From contig MHGN01000005.1 of the NCBI GenBank assembly GCA_001805575.1, forward strand, positions 1 through 54,515: DNA of 54,515 nt, written 5' to 3'. The notes under the pieces were generated by a model. It was not told where the DNA came from, searched no databases, and saw only the letters and a program-made list of their open reading frames with translations. Numbering within the stretch: the first letter of the stretch is position 1; each line of letters opens with the position of its first letter. The stretch is from Omnitrophica WOR_2 bacterium RIFCSPHIGHO2_02_FULL_45_21. Lineage in GTDB: Bacteria > Omnitrophota > Gorgyraeia > Gygaellales > UBA12090. The position numbers and the translations under genes were made by a program. Of this stretch, positions 43,795-53,477 are shown in pieces.

Positions 43795-45102
43795 ATGGCT
43801 TATACCATTACCGAGAAGATACTCTTAAAGCATGCCCCTGGTAAGCAAGACATTCATCCAGGAGAATTTATCTGGGCTAAGATAGATTTGACTTTAGCCA
43901 ATGATATCACCGCTCCTTTGGCGATTGAAGAGTTTAGAAAGGCAGGAGCAAAAAAGGTTTTTGACGCTAAGAAAATGGTGCTTGTGCCGGACCATTTTAC
44001 GCCTGCCAAAGACTTAAAGAGCGCCAATCAGGCTAAGCTCTTGGCTGATTTTGCCAGAGAGCAGGGTATCAAGAATTATTTTGAAATAGGCCAGATGGGT
44101 ATTGAGCATGCGCTTTTGCCGGAATTAGGTTTAATCCATCCCGGAGATTTAATTATCGGCGCAGACTCGCATACCTGCACCTATGGGGCATTGGGCGCCT
44201 TCTCAACCGGAATGGGCTCAACGGATATTGCGGCAAGCTGGATTACCGGTTTCACCTGGCTGAGGGTGCCGCAGACTCTTAAATTTATTTATAAAGGAAA
44301 GCTCAAAAAATGGGTTGGCGGTAAGGATTTGATTCTTTATACCATAGGAGATATCGGGGTTGACGGCGCGTTGTATAAGGCGATGGAGTTTTCAGGCCCG
44401 GTAATTGAAAAGTTAGGTATGGATAGCCGTTTGAGCTTGTGTAATATGGCAATTGAGGCAGGGGGGAAGTCAGGTATTATTGCGCCGGATGAAGTGACTT
44501 TTGAATATATTCGTGCTGCACGCTGCAGGCTGCAGGCTGCAGGCAACAAAACGCGGAGCTTGCAGCCTGAAGCGCGGAGCAAATTAAAATCTGATAGCGA
44601 TGCTCAGTATGCTGAAATAAAAGAGTACGACGTTTCAGATTTAGAGCCGCAGGTGGCCTGTCCGCATCTACCCAGCAATGTCAAGGGAGTAAGCCAGCTT
44701 AAAGATGTGAAGGTGGATCAGGTAGTAATTGGTTCCTGCACTAACGGCAGGATTTCAGATTTAAGGGTTGCCGCTAAAGTAATGAAGGGAAAGAAGGTAA
44801 AGTCTAATCTGCGCGTCATCGTCATTCCCGCAACCCAGAATGTCTATAAACAGGCAATTAAGGAAGGCCTGCTTGAGCTCTTTGCTAAAGCCGGATGCGT
44901 AATTTCAACTTCAACCTGCGGCCCTTGTTTAGGCGGGCACTGCGGGCTGCTTGCAGACGGTGAGACCGCTATTGCCACAACTAACCGTAATTTTTTCGGC
45001 AGGATGGGTTCTCCGAAAAGTTTCGTTTATCTTTCCAACCCTGCGGTTGCGGCAGCTTCAGCAGTTACGGGAAGGATTACTCATCCGGATGAAATAAGAT
45101 AA
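43795..45102 (+). CDS. leuC: 3-isopropylmalate (or homoaconitate) dehydratase large subunit, short archaeal-type
   Basis: Aconitase-family motifs ADSHTCTYGA, GSCTNGR, CGPCLGG; followed by the small subunit and the dehydrogenase. Confidence 0.85.
   Translation: MAYTITEKILLKHAPGKQDIHPGEFIWAKIDLTLANDITAPLAIEEFRKAGAKKVFDAKKMVLVPDHFTPAKDLKSANQAKLLADFAREQGIKNYFEIGQMGIEHALLPELGLIHPGDLIIGADSHTCTYGALGAFSTGMGSTDIAASWITGFTWLRVPQTLKFIYKGKLKKWVGGKDLILYTIGDIGVDGALYKAMEFSGPVIEKLGMDSRLSLCNMAIEAGGKSGIIAPDEVTFEYIRAARCRLQAAGNKTRSLQPEARSKLKSDSDAQYAEIKEYDVSDLEPQVACPHLPSNVKGVSQLKDVKVDQVVIGSCTNGRISDLRVAAKVMKGKKVKSNLRVIVIPATQNVYKQAIKEGLLELFAKAGCVISTSTCGPCLGGHCGLLADGETAIATTNRNFFGRMGSPKSFVYLSNPAVAAASAVTGRITHPDEIR
44514..44580. 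repeat. Heptamer array (GCTGCAS) x4 plus inverted partner, inside leuC
   Basis: TGCTGCA CGCTGCA GGCTGCA GGCTGCA GGC (44514-44544), then ACGCGGAGC TTGCAGCC TGA AGCGCGGAGC. Confidence 0.9.
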
Positions 45103-45161
45103 ACTGTTAAACTGTTATATTGTTACACTGCCAAACAGTATAATAATAGAGTAATAGAGCA

Positions 45162-45653
45162 ATGATTATTAAAGGAAGGGCGCACAAATTTGGCGATGAC
45201 ATTAATACCGATGATATTATTTCCGCGAAGTATCTGGTAACTATAGATCCCGTTGAATTAGGCAAGAAATGTATGGAGAGCATAGCCCCGGATTTCACTA
45301 AGCAGGCGGCAAAAGGCGATATTATCGCAGCGGGAAAAAATTTTGGCTGCGGCTCAAGCCGGGAGCACGCTCCGCTGTCAATTAAGGGGCTCGGTATTTC
45401 TTGCGTGATTGCCAGCTCCTTTGCCCGGATTTTTTATCGCAATGCCATAAATACCGGGCTTCCTATCCTTGAAATAGCCCAGGCGGATGAGATAAAAGGC
45501 GGCGATGAGTTAGAGATTGATTTAACTGACGGTATAATTAAGAATATTACTCAAGGAAAAACTTATAAATCTGATGGCCTTCCGGAGTTTATGCAAAGAA
45601 TTGTCGTATCCGGCGGACTGATGCAGTGGATAAGGAGCAGGACAAGTGTATAA
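45162..45653 (+). CDS. leuD: 3-isopropylmalate dehydratase small subunit
   Basis: 163 aa with GCGSSREHA motif. Confidence 0.85.
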   Translation: MIIKGRAHKFGDDINTDDIISAKYLVTIDPVELGKKCMESIAPDFTKQAAKGDIIAAGKNFGCGSSREHAPLSIKGLGISCVIASSFARIFYRNAINTGLPILEIAQADEIKGGDELEIDLTDGIIKNITQGKTYKSDGLPEFMQRIVVSGGLMQWIRSRTSV

Positions 45654-46695
45654 AATCGCAGTAATTCCAGGAGATGGAACAGGGCCCGAGGTTATTCGCG
45701 AGGGATTAAAAGTTTTAGAGGCAGCGAGTAAAAAATATAAGTTTCAATATGAAACTAAGAGCTTTGATTTTGGGGGAGAGCGTTATCTAAGCACCGGGAA
45801 AACCTTAGAGGATAAAGATATCGAGGAACTAAAGAAATATTCTGCCATATATTTAGGGGCAATAGGCCATCCGCAGGTTAAGCCGGGAATTTTAGAAACC
45901 GGCGTACTCTTAAGATTAAGATTTTCCTTAGACCAGTATATAAACCTGCGCCCGGTAAAACTCTATAATGAAAAGTTCTGCCCTTTAAAAGATAAAAAGC
46001 CGGAGGATATTGATTTTGTGGTGGTCAGGGAAAATTCCGAAGGGCTTTATAAGGGGATGGGCGAGTTCAGGGATAAAGCCACAAAGGATGAAGTTGCCAT
46101 ACAGGTTTCCTATAATACCCGAAAAGGCGTTGAGCGCTGTATCCGCTACGGTTTTGAATATACCCGTAAGCGCAATAAAAAGAAAAAGCTTACCCTTTGC
46201 GGCAAGACTAACGTTTTAACTTATGCCTGGGATTTATGGGAGAGGGTCTTTAATGAAGTGGCAAAAGAATATCCGGATATCGCTACTGACTACGCTCACG
46301 TAGATGCCACAACAATGTGGTTTGTGAAGAACCCGGAGTGGTTTGACGTGATTATCACGGATAATATGTTTGGCGATATCATCACCGATTTGGGGGCGAT
46401 GATTCAGGGAGGAATGGGTATTGCCGCCGGAGGGAACATCAATCCCCAGGGCGTTTCTATGTTTGAGCCTATTGGCGGAAGCGCGCCCAAATACACCGGC
46501 AAAAACGTGATTAATCCTTTAGCGGCAATCTGCGCGCTTTCGATGCTGCTTGAAAGTTTAGGGGAGGCCAGGGCATCCGCAGCAGTTGAAGATGCGGTAA
46601 TAGAGGTGGCAGCGAAAAAACTAAAATCCCTGGCCGCAGGAAAGATGGGTTATTCTACCAGCGAGGTTGGGGATTTGCTGGTGAGGTATCTATGA
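45646..46695 (+). CDS. leuB: 3-isopropylmalate dehydrogenase family (LeuB / tartrate-dehydrogenase-like)
   Basis: [28 protein letters not shown] motifs; GTG start. Confidence 0.8.
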   Translation: MYKIAVIPGDGTGPEVIREGLKVLEAASKKYKFQYETKSFDFGGERYLSTGKTLEDKDIEELKKYSAIYLGAIGHPQVKPGILETGVLLRLRFSLDQYINLRPVKLYNEKFCPLKDKKPEDIDFVVVRENSEGLYKGMGEFRDKATKDEVAIQVSYNTRKGVERCIRYGFEYTRKRNKKKKLTLCGKTNVLTYAWDLWERVFNEVAKEYPDIATDYAHVDATTMWFVKNPEWFDVIITDNMFGDIITDLGAMIQGGMGIAAGGNINPQGVSMFEPIGGSAPKYTGKNVINPLAAICALSMLLESLGEARASAAVEDAVIEVAAKKLKSLAAGKMGYSTSEVGDLLVRYL

Positions 46696-47735
46696 ATAAA
46701 TATAATATAGCGGTAATTGGTGTCGGCGCAGTAGGCATTGAGATGCTTAGGGTTTTAAGGCAGCGCAATTTCCCCCTTGGCGAACTGCGTGTCTTTGCGC
46801 GGACAACAAGAGAGATTGAGGTTGACGCAGAGAAATATTCGGTAAAGGAAATTTCAGCCGAGGGCTTCAACGGCATTGATATTGCCTTATTTGCCGGGAC
46901 AGAAGGCGAAAAAGGGGCTAGCCTTCAATGGGCGCCGATGGCGGTTGCCAAAGGGGCTGTAGTAATTGATAATGGCGCTGACTTTCGGATGGATCCTAAC
47001 GTTCCCTTAGTTGTTCCCGAGGTAAACGCCAGAGACATAAGAAAACACAAAGGCATTATTGCCAATCCTAATTGTTCTACAATCCAGATGCTGGTTGCCT
47101 TATGGCCGGTTTATAAGAAAGCCGGAATTAAAAGAATAATTTTGACTACTCTTCAGGCCTCTTCAGGTGCTGGTAGGGGTGCAGTTGAGCAGCTTTGGCA
47201 TGAGGTGGAAACTATTGTCGCAGGACACAAGTCGCTTGGCGCAGGTCAAAGTCCGGTAACCTGCGACCTGAGACCTGAGGCAAGAATTATGCCTCAACAG
47301 TTAGGCTTTAATGTTTTTCCTCAGATCGGTAGTTTTAGCGAGTGCGATTATACCAACGAGGAATGGAAGTTAGTAAAAGAGACGCATAAGATAATGCACG
47401 ATGACAAGATTAAAATTTCCGCAACCACCGTAAGGGTTCCGGTGCGCACCGGCCATTCGGAATCAGTATATATCGAGACGAGAAAACTAATTGAGCCGCA
47501 GAAAGTAAGAAACATTCTTTCCAGAGCGCCTGGCATAGTGGTAATCGATGACCCAAAACATAATCTTTACCCTATGCCTAAGGATGCTGAGGGAAAGGAT
47601 GAGACCTTTGTCGGCCGCATCCGCAAAGACCCTTTTGTAAAGAACGGTTTATGGCTATGGGTGGTTGCCGATAACCTGCGCAAAGGAGCCGCTACCAACG
47701 CGGTGCAGATTGCTGAATGCGTAATCTCAGGCTGA
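46692..47735 (+). CDS. asd: Aspartate-semialdehyde dehydrogenase
   Basis: VGAVG Rossmann N-terminus, active-site NPNCSTIQ, RVPVRTGHS. Confidence 0.9.
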   Translation: MNKYNIAVIGVGAVGIEMLRVLRQRNFPLGELRVFARTTREIEVDAEKYSVKEISAEGFNGIDIALFAGTEGEKGASLQWAPMAVAKGAVVIDNGADFRMDPNVPLVVPEVNARDIRKHKGIIANPNCSTIQMLVALWPVYKKAGIKRIILTTLQASSGAGRGAVEQLWHEVETIVAGHKSLGAGQSPVTCDLRPEARIMPQQLGFNVFPQIGSFSECDYTNEEWKLVKETHKIMHDDKIKISATTVRVPVRTGHSESVYIETRKLIEPQKVRNILSRAPGIVVIDDPKHNLYPMPKDAEGKDETFVGRIRKDPFVKNGLWLWVVADNLRKGAATNAVQIAECVISG

Positions 47736-48523
47736 TCATAGAATATGATGGGACGAATTATGCCGGATGGCAGATACAGAAAGGTCAGAGGTTAAACACA
47801 ATACAGGAAACAGTAGGGAAAGCCCTTCAGAAAATCCTACAGGAATATGTCAAGGTTATTGGTTCAGGCAGGACCGATGCCGGAGTCCATGCTTTAGCCC
47901 AAGTAGCAAATTTTAAAACCAAATCAAAACTTCCTCTTGCTAATATCCAAAAAGCGCTTAACAGCCTCCTGCCGGAAGATATCTCTATAAAAGGCATAAG
48001 CGAAGTCAGGGAAGATTTTCATTCCTCTTATTCGGCGAAATCCAAAATCTACCGCTATCTTATCTTCAATAACCGCTTGAAGAGCGCGTTTTTTAATAAA
48101 TATACCTTGCGCGTTCCCTATAAGTTGAATCTGCGGCTTATGCGCCAGGAAGCCGGGGTCTTATTAGGCAGCCACGATTTCAGGTCTTTCTGTGCCAGCG
48201 GCTCGGACGCCAAGACTACTGTAAGAACAATAAAAAAGCTCTCTATAAATACTATACGCTATATGCTCTACGCTAACCCCCGCCTCGCCTGCTTTCGGCA
48301 GGCAGGAGGGCGGGGTAGGCGCTATCCGCTAATCATTATTGATATTCAGGCAGACGGATTTTTATATAATATGGCGCGCAACATTGTAGGCAGCTTAATC
48401 GAAACAGGGCTGGGAAGGCTTGAGCAGGGAGCGATGAAGAAAATTCTACTGGCTAAGGACCGTAGATTAGCCGGGCCTACGGCTCCAGCGCGGGGATTAT
48501 TTTTGATTAAGGTCAATTACTAA
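47717..48523 (+). CDS. truA: tRNA pseudouridine(38-40) synthase
   Basis: YDGTNYAGWQ, catalytic GSGRTDAGVHA, GFLYNMARNIVG. Confidence 0.9.
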   Translation: MRNLRLIIEYDGTNYAGWQIQKGQRLNTIQETVGKALQKILQEYVKVIGSGRTDAGVHALAQVANFKTKSKLPLANIQKALNSLLPEDISIKGISEVREDFHSSYSAKSKIYRYLIFNNRLKSAFFNKYTLRVPYKLNLRLMRQEAGVLLGSHDFRSFCASGSDAKTTVRTIKKLSINTIRYMLYANPRLACFRQAGGRGRRYPLIIIDIQADGFLYNMARNIVGSLIETGLGRLEQGAMKKILLAKDRRLAGPTAPARGLFLIKVNY

Positions 48524-48550
48524 ATTCAATAATATTACGAAGGACGATAG

Positions 48551-50179
48551 ATGAAAGATAGCGGACGATCTTCTAGCATGGGAAATTATCAAGTAAAATA
48601 TTCCTGGGATTCTTATTCCAAGCTTATCATAGTATCCTTTTCTGTGCTACAAATTATGCGCTGGAGAATCCTTCCCCAGTTTATGGATATCTTTTATCAT
48701 ATTTTGACTGCCTGGGGGTTTATCCAGGCAGGTGGATACAGTGGCTGGGACTTCTGGCAATATGCGCCGGTGGGAAGAACCCATATTTATCCCCCGTTTT
48801 TACATATCGTCCTGGCTTTTCTTATCAAGTCAGGTATTAGCAAAATCATCTTAGTTAAGTTCTTGGAAACGGCGGCGCCAATTACTTGTATGCTTACGCT
48901 TTGGTATTTTGTAAAGAGGAATTATAGCAGCCGCCTGGCATTTTTCTCTATGCTTATGCTTGGCTCGTCATTTTCCTTTTACAGTTCATTGTCTAATTAT
49001 CTCCCGGCGACCTTAGCAATGATTTTTGGTTTCCTGGGTTTAGATGAGCTTTTCAAGGTGCGTTTTGTGCGCCCTGCGCTTTTGTTCACCCTGTGTTTTT
49101 ATACCCATATCGGAATGTCCTGGTTTTTTGCTCTTAGCGTTATCTTATACGGTTTATTTGATAAGCGATACGCAAGGGTATTTTTTGCGGCTTTTGCATT
49201 TGCGCTAATCTTATCGGCTCCAATGCTCTACAAGCAATTGACGGGCTTAAGATATATTTCTATCTCAGGTATAGGCAATGAGAAGTATTTCTGTGAATTC
49301 AAAACCATTGATTACCTGCTGGCTTTTAATGCAATCTGGCTGCTGAGAAAGAAGGATAAGAAATACCGCCTCTTTTTGGCATTTTTCTTATCCAGCCTGA
49401 TTTTTCTGCCCTATCCCTATCGTTTTATTAATGCCCAGGGATATTTGCCGATTATCTTGCTTTCGGCAATGGCGCTGGATTATTTGTATGAGAAGTTTTG
49501 GGATAAAAGGAGATATACAAAGCCGTTATCCATATTTTTATTTGGTTACATTTTGCTATTCTCTCCAACCGTTGCGATGAATAAGGATATGGAGAAAGGA
49601 GGCAGAATTAAATATAAAATACATTTAGCCGATTCGGCGTTGATAAACTTGCTTTTGCCAGGCCGTAATGAGCGTATTTTCTCAAGTCTGGTCTGGCTTC
49701 CGAATGAATACCTATCCCTGTCCCAATTAATAAGGGAAAATTCTCTAGCCGGGGATATTATTTATTCTAAACTTTATCTTCTGGGCATCATCGCATCAAG
49801 TCTATCGGAGAGGGCAAGCGCAAATGGCTTATTTCCCGAGATTGCTCCTAGCGGAAAATTTGACCCCTTTTTAGTTTCGAAGCTGATTGTAGTTCCGCAG
49901 GATGAAGATAGGGAAATGTTTGAGGCAATTCTGAAGAATTATCATTTGCAGAAGGTAGGAGAAAATAGGCTCTTTATCGTTTATAAGAATTATCTCAAGT
50001 CCCCCTCGGGGGACAAGTCAGCTAAAATGCACATAGAAAGGGCATCGCTTACCTTTAAGGCGATTTCGCTTATTCTGGCCGTATGGATGTTATTATTTAT
50101 TTTTGCAGGGAGAATTGAGCATTTTCTATGCAAGGAAAATCGCTTGAATTACAAGTGCGCTTTTCCCTTGACAAAGTAA
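48551..50179 (+). CDS. Large polytopic membrane protein of unknown function (possibly GT-C-like)
   Basis: ORF track; about 10-12 hydrophobic segments over the first 350 aa, then a soluble-looking region and a terminal TM; no motif I can name. Confidence 0.55.
   Translation: MKDSGRSSSMGNYQVKYSWDSYSKLIIVSFSVLQIMRWRILPQFMDIFYHILTAWGFIQAGGYSGWDFWQYAPVGRTHIYPPFLHIVLAFLIKSGISKIILVKFLETAAPITCMLTLWYFVKRNYSSRLAFFSMLMLGSSFSFYSSLSNYLPATLAMIFGFLGLDELFKVRFVRPALLFTLCFYTHIGMSWFFALSVILYGLFDKRYARVFFAAFAFALILSAPMLYKQLTGLRYISISGIGNEKYFCEFKTIDYLLAFNAIWLLRKKDKKYRLFLAFFLSSLIFLPYPYRFINAQGYLPIILLSAMALDYLYEKFWDKRRYTKPLSIFLFGYILLFSPTVAMNKDMEKGGRIKYKIHLADSALINLLLPGRNERIFSSLVWLPNEYLSLSQLIRENSLAGDIIYSKLYLLGIIASSLSERASANGLFPEIAPSGKFDPFLVSKLIVVPQDEDREMFEAILKNYHLQKVGENRLFIVYKNYLKSPSGDKSAKMHIERASLTFKAISLILAVWMLLFIFAGRIEHFLCKENRLNYKCAFPLTK
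49994..50022. repeat. CCCCTCGGGG-type palindromic element inside the membrane-protein gene
   Basis: CTCAAGTCCCCCTCGGGGGACAAGTCAGC with perfect core GTCCCCCTCGGGGGAC (49999-50014). Confidence 0.85.
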
Positions 50180-50204
50180 AAAGATAAGGTATACTAAATT
50201 TTCT

Positions 50205-50630
50205 ATGCAAAAGACGTATTTAGCTAAAAAAACAGAGATTAAAAGGGCATGGTATCTCTTTGATGCCCAGGATAAGATTTTAGGCAGGCTTGCCGTAGAG
50301 GCGGCTAAAATCTTACGCGGTAAGCATAAGACATGTTTTACCCCGAATATTGACTGCGGGGATAACGTTATAGTTATCAATGCAGCCAAGGTGAAGGTGA
50401 GCGGAAGAAAAATGACCCAAAAGGTCTACCGCAGATATTCCGGGTATCCCGGCGGCCTTAGGGAGGTTGAGCTTGGCGAGATGCTTAAGAAGAAGCCAAC
50501 TGAGGTGATAAGATTGGCAGTGAGTAGGATGCTTCCTTCGGGGCCTTTGGGAAGAGATTTACTAAAAAAGTTAAAGATATATAGCTTGGATAAACATCCG
50601 CATGCTTCGGCTAAGCCGGAGGTTAAGTAG
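50205..50630 (+). CDS. rplM: 50S ribosomal protein L13
   Basis: Conserved L13 N-terminus ([18 protein letters not shown]) and the rplM-rpsI pairing. Confidence 0.95.
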   Translation: MQKTYLAKKTEIKRAWYLFDAQDKILGRLAVEAAKILRGKHKTCFTPNIDCGDNVIVINAAKVKVSGRKMTQKVYRRYSGYPGGLREVELGEMLKKKPTEVIRLAVSRMLPSGPLGRDLLKKLKIYSLDKHPHASAKPEVK

Positions 50631-50631
50631 A

Positions 50632-51027
50632 ATGGAATTAGGGACAAATTATACAGCAAACGGAAGACGCAGGGAGGCAATCGCAAGGGTCAGGCTCGTT
50701 CCGGGAAAAGGCAATGTTATGGTAAATAAGCGCCCAATTGATAATTATTTTATCCGGGAGACCGACCGAATTATTATAAAACAGCCATTTCAGACAACGA
50801 ACACCGTAAATAAATTTGACTGTTTTGCAAATATTAAAGGCGGCGGGCTTTCCGGACAGGCCGGAGCTTTACGGCTTGGAATTGCCCGCGCCCTTTTGCT
50901 TGTTGACCCGGCATTCAGGACAATCCTCAGAAAGGGTAGTTTTCTTACCCGTGATTCCCGGATGAAGGAGCGCAAGAAATACGGCCAGAAAGGCGCGCGC
51001 AAACGTTTCCAGTGGACAAAGAGGTAA
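50632..51027 (+). CDS. rpsI: 30S ribosomal protein S9
   Basis: [10 protein letters not shown] ... [19 protein letters not shown] ... [17 protein letters not shown]; ATG at 50632, 1 nt after the rplM stop. Confidence 0.95.
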   Translation: MELGTNYTANGRRREAIARVRLVPGKGNVMVNKRPIDNYFIRETDRIIIKQPFQTTNTVNKFDCFANIKGGGLSGQAGALRLGIARALLLVDPAFRTILRKGSFLTRDSRMKERKKYGQKGARKRFQWTKR

Positions 51028-51075
51028 AAGCATAACCAAGAACTAAGAGCTAAGGAAGTAGAGCTAAGAAATCGA

Positions 51076-51104
51076 AAAATCCCGCTGAAAAGGCGGGTTT
51101 TTTT
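51076..51104 (+). terminator. Rho-independent terminator after rpsI
   Basis: CCCGC-TGAAAAG-GCGGG followed by a run of seven T. Confidence 0.7.
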
Positions 51105-51163
51105 GTACGATAGAGAGAGGAAATGACTCCCGATTCTACGGCAGATTGCCGACGAAAAAAACA

Positions 51164-51192
51164 TTGACCCCGACGGTTATTTTTGGCATAAT
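51164..51192 (+). promoter_or_regulatory. Sigma70-like promoter of the argCJBD operon
   Basis: TTGACC (51164-51169), 17-nt spacer, CATAAT (51187-51192); lies between a terminator and argC. Confidence 0.6.
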
Positions 51193-51225
51193 AAGATGTT
51201 GTTAACAAGAAAGGCAGAGAATTTT

Positions 51226-52338
51226 ATGTTACGGGTTGGGATAATCGGCGCAAGGGGATATACCGGTGAGGAGTTGCTCAATCTTTTACTTCAGCATTCC
51301 CAGGTTAAGATAAATTATTTGACCGCCAGGGTTGATAGGCCGGTTAAGATTTCAGAGTTATTTCCTCAGTTTAAAAATAGATTAGATTTAGTTTGCGATA
51401 ATTTTAATCTAAGCCATGCTCTGGAATCCGCAGATTTATTTTTTCTGGCGTTGCCGCACACAACCTCTATGGATGTTGCGCCCTTGCTGCGAAAGCGCGG
51501 CAAAAAAGTAATTGATTTAAGCGCGGATTACCGCCTTAAAGATTTTAAACTATATGAAGCATGGTATAAAGCCAAACATAAGGATAGAAAAAACTTAAAA
51601 AAAGCGGTTTATGGCTTAGCGGAGATTCATAAGGCAGATATCAGGGAAGCTGATTTCATTGCTAACCCTGGTTGTTATTCTGCTCTAGCAATACTTTCGC
51701 TTGCGCCTCTTGTAAAAGTGAGGCCGGCGCAGATTAAGAGTATCATTATTGACGCTAAAAGCGGCTATAGCGGAGCCGGCAGAAAATCTACCGATGGTCC
51801 CTCCTGGGGAGAAATCAAAGATAACTTTAAGGCTTACAAGGTAGACAGCCATCAGCATACGCCGGAAATAGAGCAGGAGTTATCAAAATTAGCTAAGAAA
51901 AAAATAAAGGTTACCTTTGTCCCGCATCTCCTGCCCATAGAAAGAGGAATCTTAGAGACGATATATGTAAGATTAAGTGTTCCCTCGGCTTCGCTGGGGA
52001 CAGGCAAGTGCCAGGTCTCAAGTGTCAAGTTGATAAATATGTATAAAGATTTCTATAAAAATCAGCCATTTATAAGAATAAAAAACGAGGGTGAATTTCC
52101 CAGCTTAAGTGATGTCCAGCATAGCAATTTCTGTGATATCGGAATTAAGGCAGGTAAGGATAAAAAACTCATTATTATCATCTCTGCAATTGACAATCTG
52201 CTTAAAGGCGCATCAGGAGAGGCGGTGCAGAATATGAACTTGATGTACGGCTTCAGGGAGAGCGAAGGTCTGCCCCCGTTTGAAACTACAGGGCAAAGGG
52301 AAAAAATAAAGAGGTTTCGAACGGGGTTTACAATATGA
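51226..52338 (+). CDS. argC: N-acetyl-gamma-glutamyl-phosphate reductase
   Basis: VGIIGARGYTGEEL N-terminus, active-site ANPGCYS. ATG 51226 chosen because the 51196 ATG would sit only 3 nt downstream of the putative -10 box (51187-51192), upstream of the expected transcription start. Carries an internal and a C-terminal repeat-derived segment. Confidence 0.88.
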   Translation: MLRVGIIGARGYTGEELLNLLLQHSQVKINYLTARVDRPVKISELFPQFKNRLDLVCDNFNLSHALESADLFFLALPHTTSMDVAPLLRKRGKKVIDLSADYRLKDFKLYEAWYKAKHKDRKNLKKAVYGLAEIHKADIREADFIANPGCYSALAILSLAPLVKVRPAQIKSIIIDAKSGYSGAGRKSTDGPSWGEIKDNFKAYKVDSHQHTPEIEQELSKLAKKKIKVTFVPHLLPIERGILETIYVRLSVPSASLGTGKCQVSSVKLINMYKDFYKNQPFIRIKNEGEFPSLSDVQHSNFCDIGIKAGKDKKLIIIISAIDNLLKGASGEAVQNMNLMYGFRESEGLPPFETTGQREKIKRFRTGFTI

Positions 52339-53462
52339 GTAAATATAAAAATGCTATTTGCTTAGCCAAAGGCTTTACTTGCGCAGCTATAGCCTGCGGT
52401 TTAAAGGAGAATAAAGGCCTGGATCTGGCGTTGATTTCTTCAGAGGTTCCGGCAGTTGCCTGCGGGATGTTTACCGGGAATAGATTTGCAGCCAGCCCGG
52501 TCAAAGTTTGCAAAGAACACCTTAAGACAGGCCGGGCTCAGGCAATTGTAGTTAATAGCGGTAACGCCAATTGTTATACCGGGAAGAAGGGATTACGGGC
52601 TGCCCGGAAAACCGCGCATCTTGCCGCAAAACTGTTAGGCCTAAAAGATGTTTTACTATTGGTTGCATCCACCGGGATTATCGGCAGACAATTAAATTTT
52701 ACTAAGATTAAAAAGGCATTGCCGATATTAGCCGGCTCGTTAGATAAAAATAACGGTACAAAAGCCGCCCGGGCAATAATGACTACGGATACAAAGCCAA
52801 AAGAGTTAGCTGCAAAAATTAATATAAGCGGTAAGCTCATAACTATAGGAGCTATTGCCAAGGGGGCAGGCATGATTGCTCCGGATATGGCAACGATGTT
52901 ATGTTTTATAACTACCGACGTTTTGATTGCATACTCAAGCCTAAAGGCAGCTTTAGAAGAAGCAGTGAATACTTCTTTTAATATGCTCAGCATTGACGGC
53001 TGTATGAGCACTAACGACAGCGTGATTATTCTGGCCAATGGTTTAGCCGGGAACAGGCCGATAAGCTTAAATGACCGCAATTTTATAAAATTTAAAACCG
53101 CCTTAAAAAAAATTTGTCTTGCTTTAGCCAGGATGATTGTTTCCGATGCTGAGGGCGCAAGTAAGTGTATCACTATTAAAGTAATCGGAGCAAAGAATAA
53201 TCAAGAGGCAAAAAAAGCGGGCTTAGCAGTAGCTAATTCTAATCTTTTTAAGGCCGCGGTATATGGCAGAAATCGAAACTTGGGCAGGATTATTGCAGCC
53301 ATAGGAGCATCGGGAGCAAGGAGCAAAGAAGATATAGCCATTGCCTGCAGTTCGCTTAAGAAAAAGGATGTCAGGGTTAAGGTAGATTTAAAAATAGGCC
53401 CTGGTGAAGCTACGGTTTATACCTCGGACCTAACGCCGGAGTATGTCAGGATAAATGCGTAA
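52335..53462 (+). CDS. argJ: Bifunctional ornithine acetyltransferase / N-acetylglutamate synthase
   Basis: GFTCAAIACGLK, autoprocessing site context DMATMLCFITTD. Confidence 0.9.
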   Translation: MSKYKNAICLAKGFTCAAIACGLKENKGLDLALISSEVPAVACGMFTGNRFAASPVKVCKEHLKTGRAQAIVVNSGNANCYTGKKGLRAARKTAHLAAKLLGLKDVLLLVASTGIIGRQLNFTKIKKALPILAGSLDKNNGTKAARAIMTTDTKPKELAAKINISGKLITIGAIAKGAGMIAPDMATMLCFITTDVLIAYSSLKAALEEAVNTSFNMLSIDGCMSTNDSVIILANGLAGNRPISLNDRNFIKFKTALKKICLALARMIVSDAEGASKCITIKVIGAKNNQEAKKAGLAVANSNLFKAAVYGRNRNLGRIIAAIGASGARSKEDIAIACSSLKKKDVRVKVDLKIGPGEATVYTSDLTPEYVRINA

Positions 53463-53477
53463 TACAGCTGAACTTAA

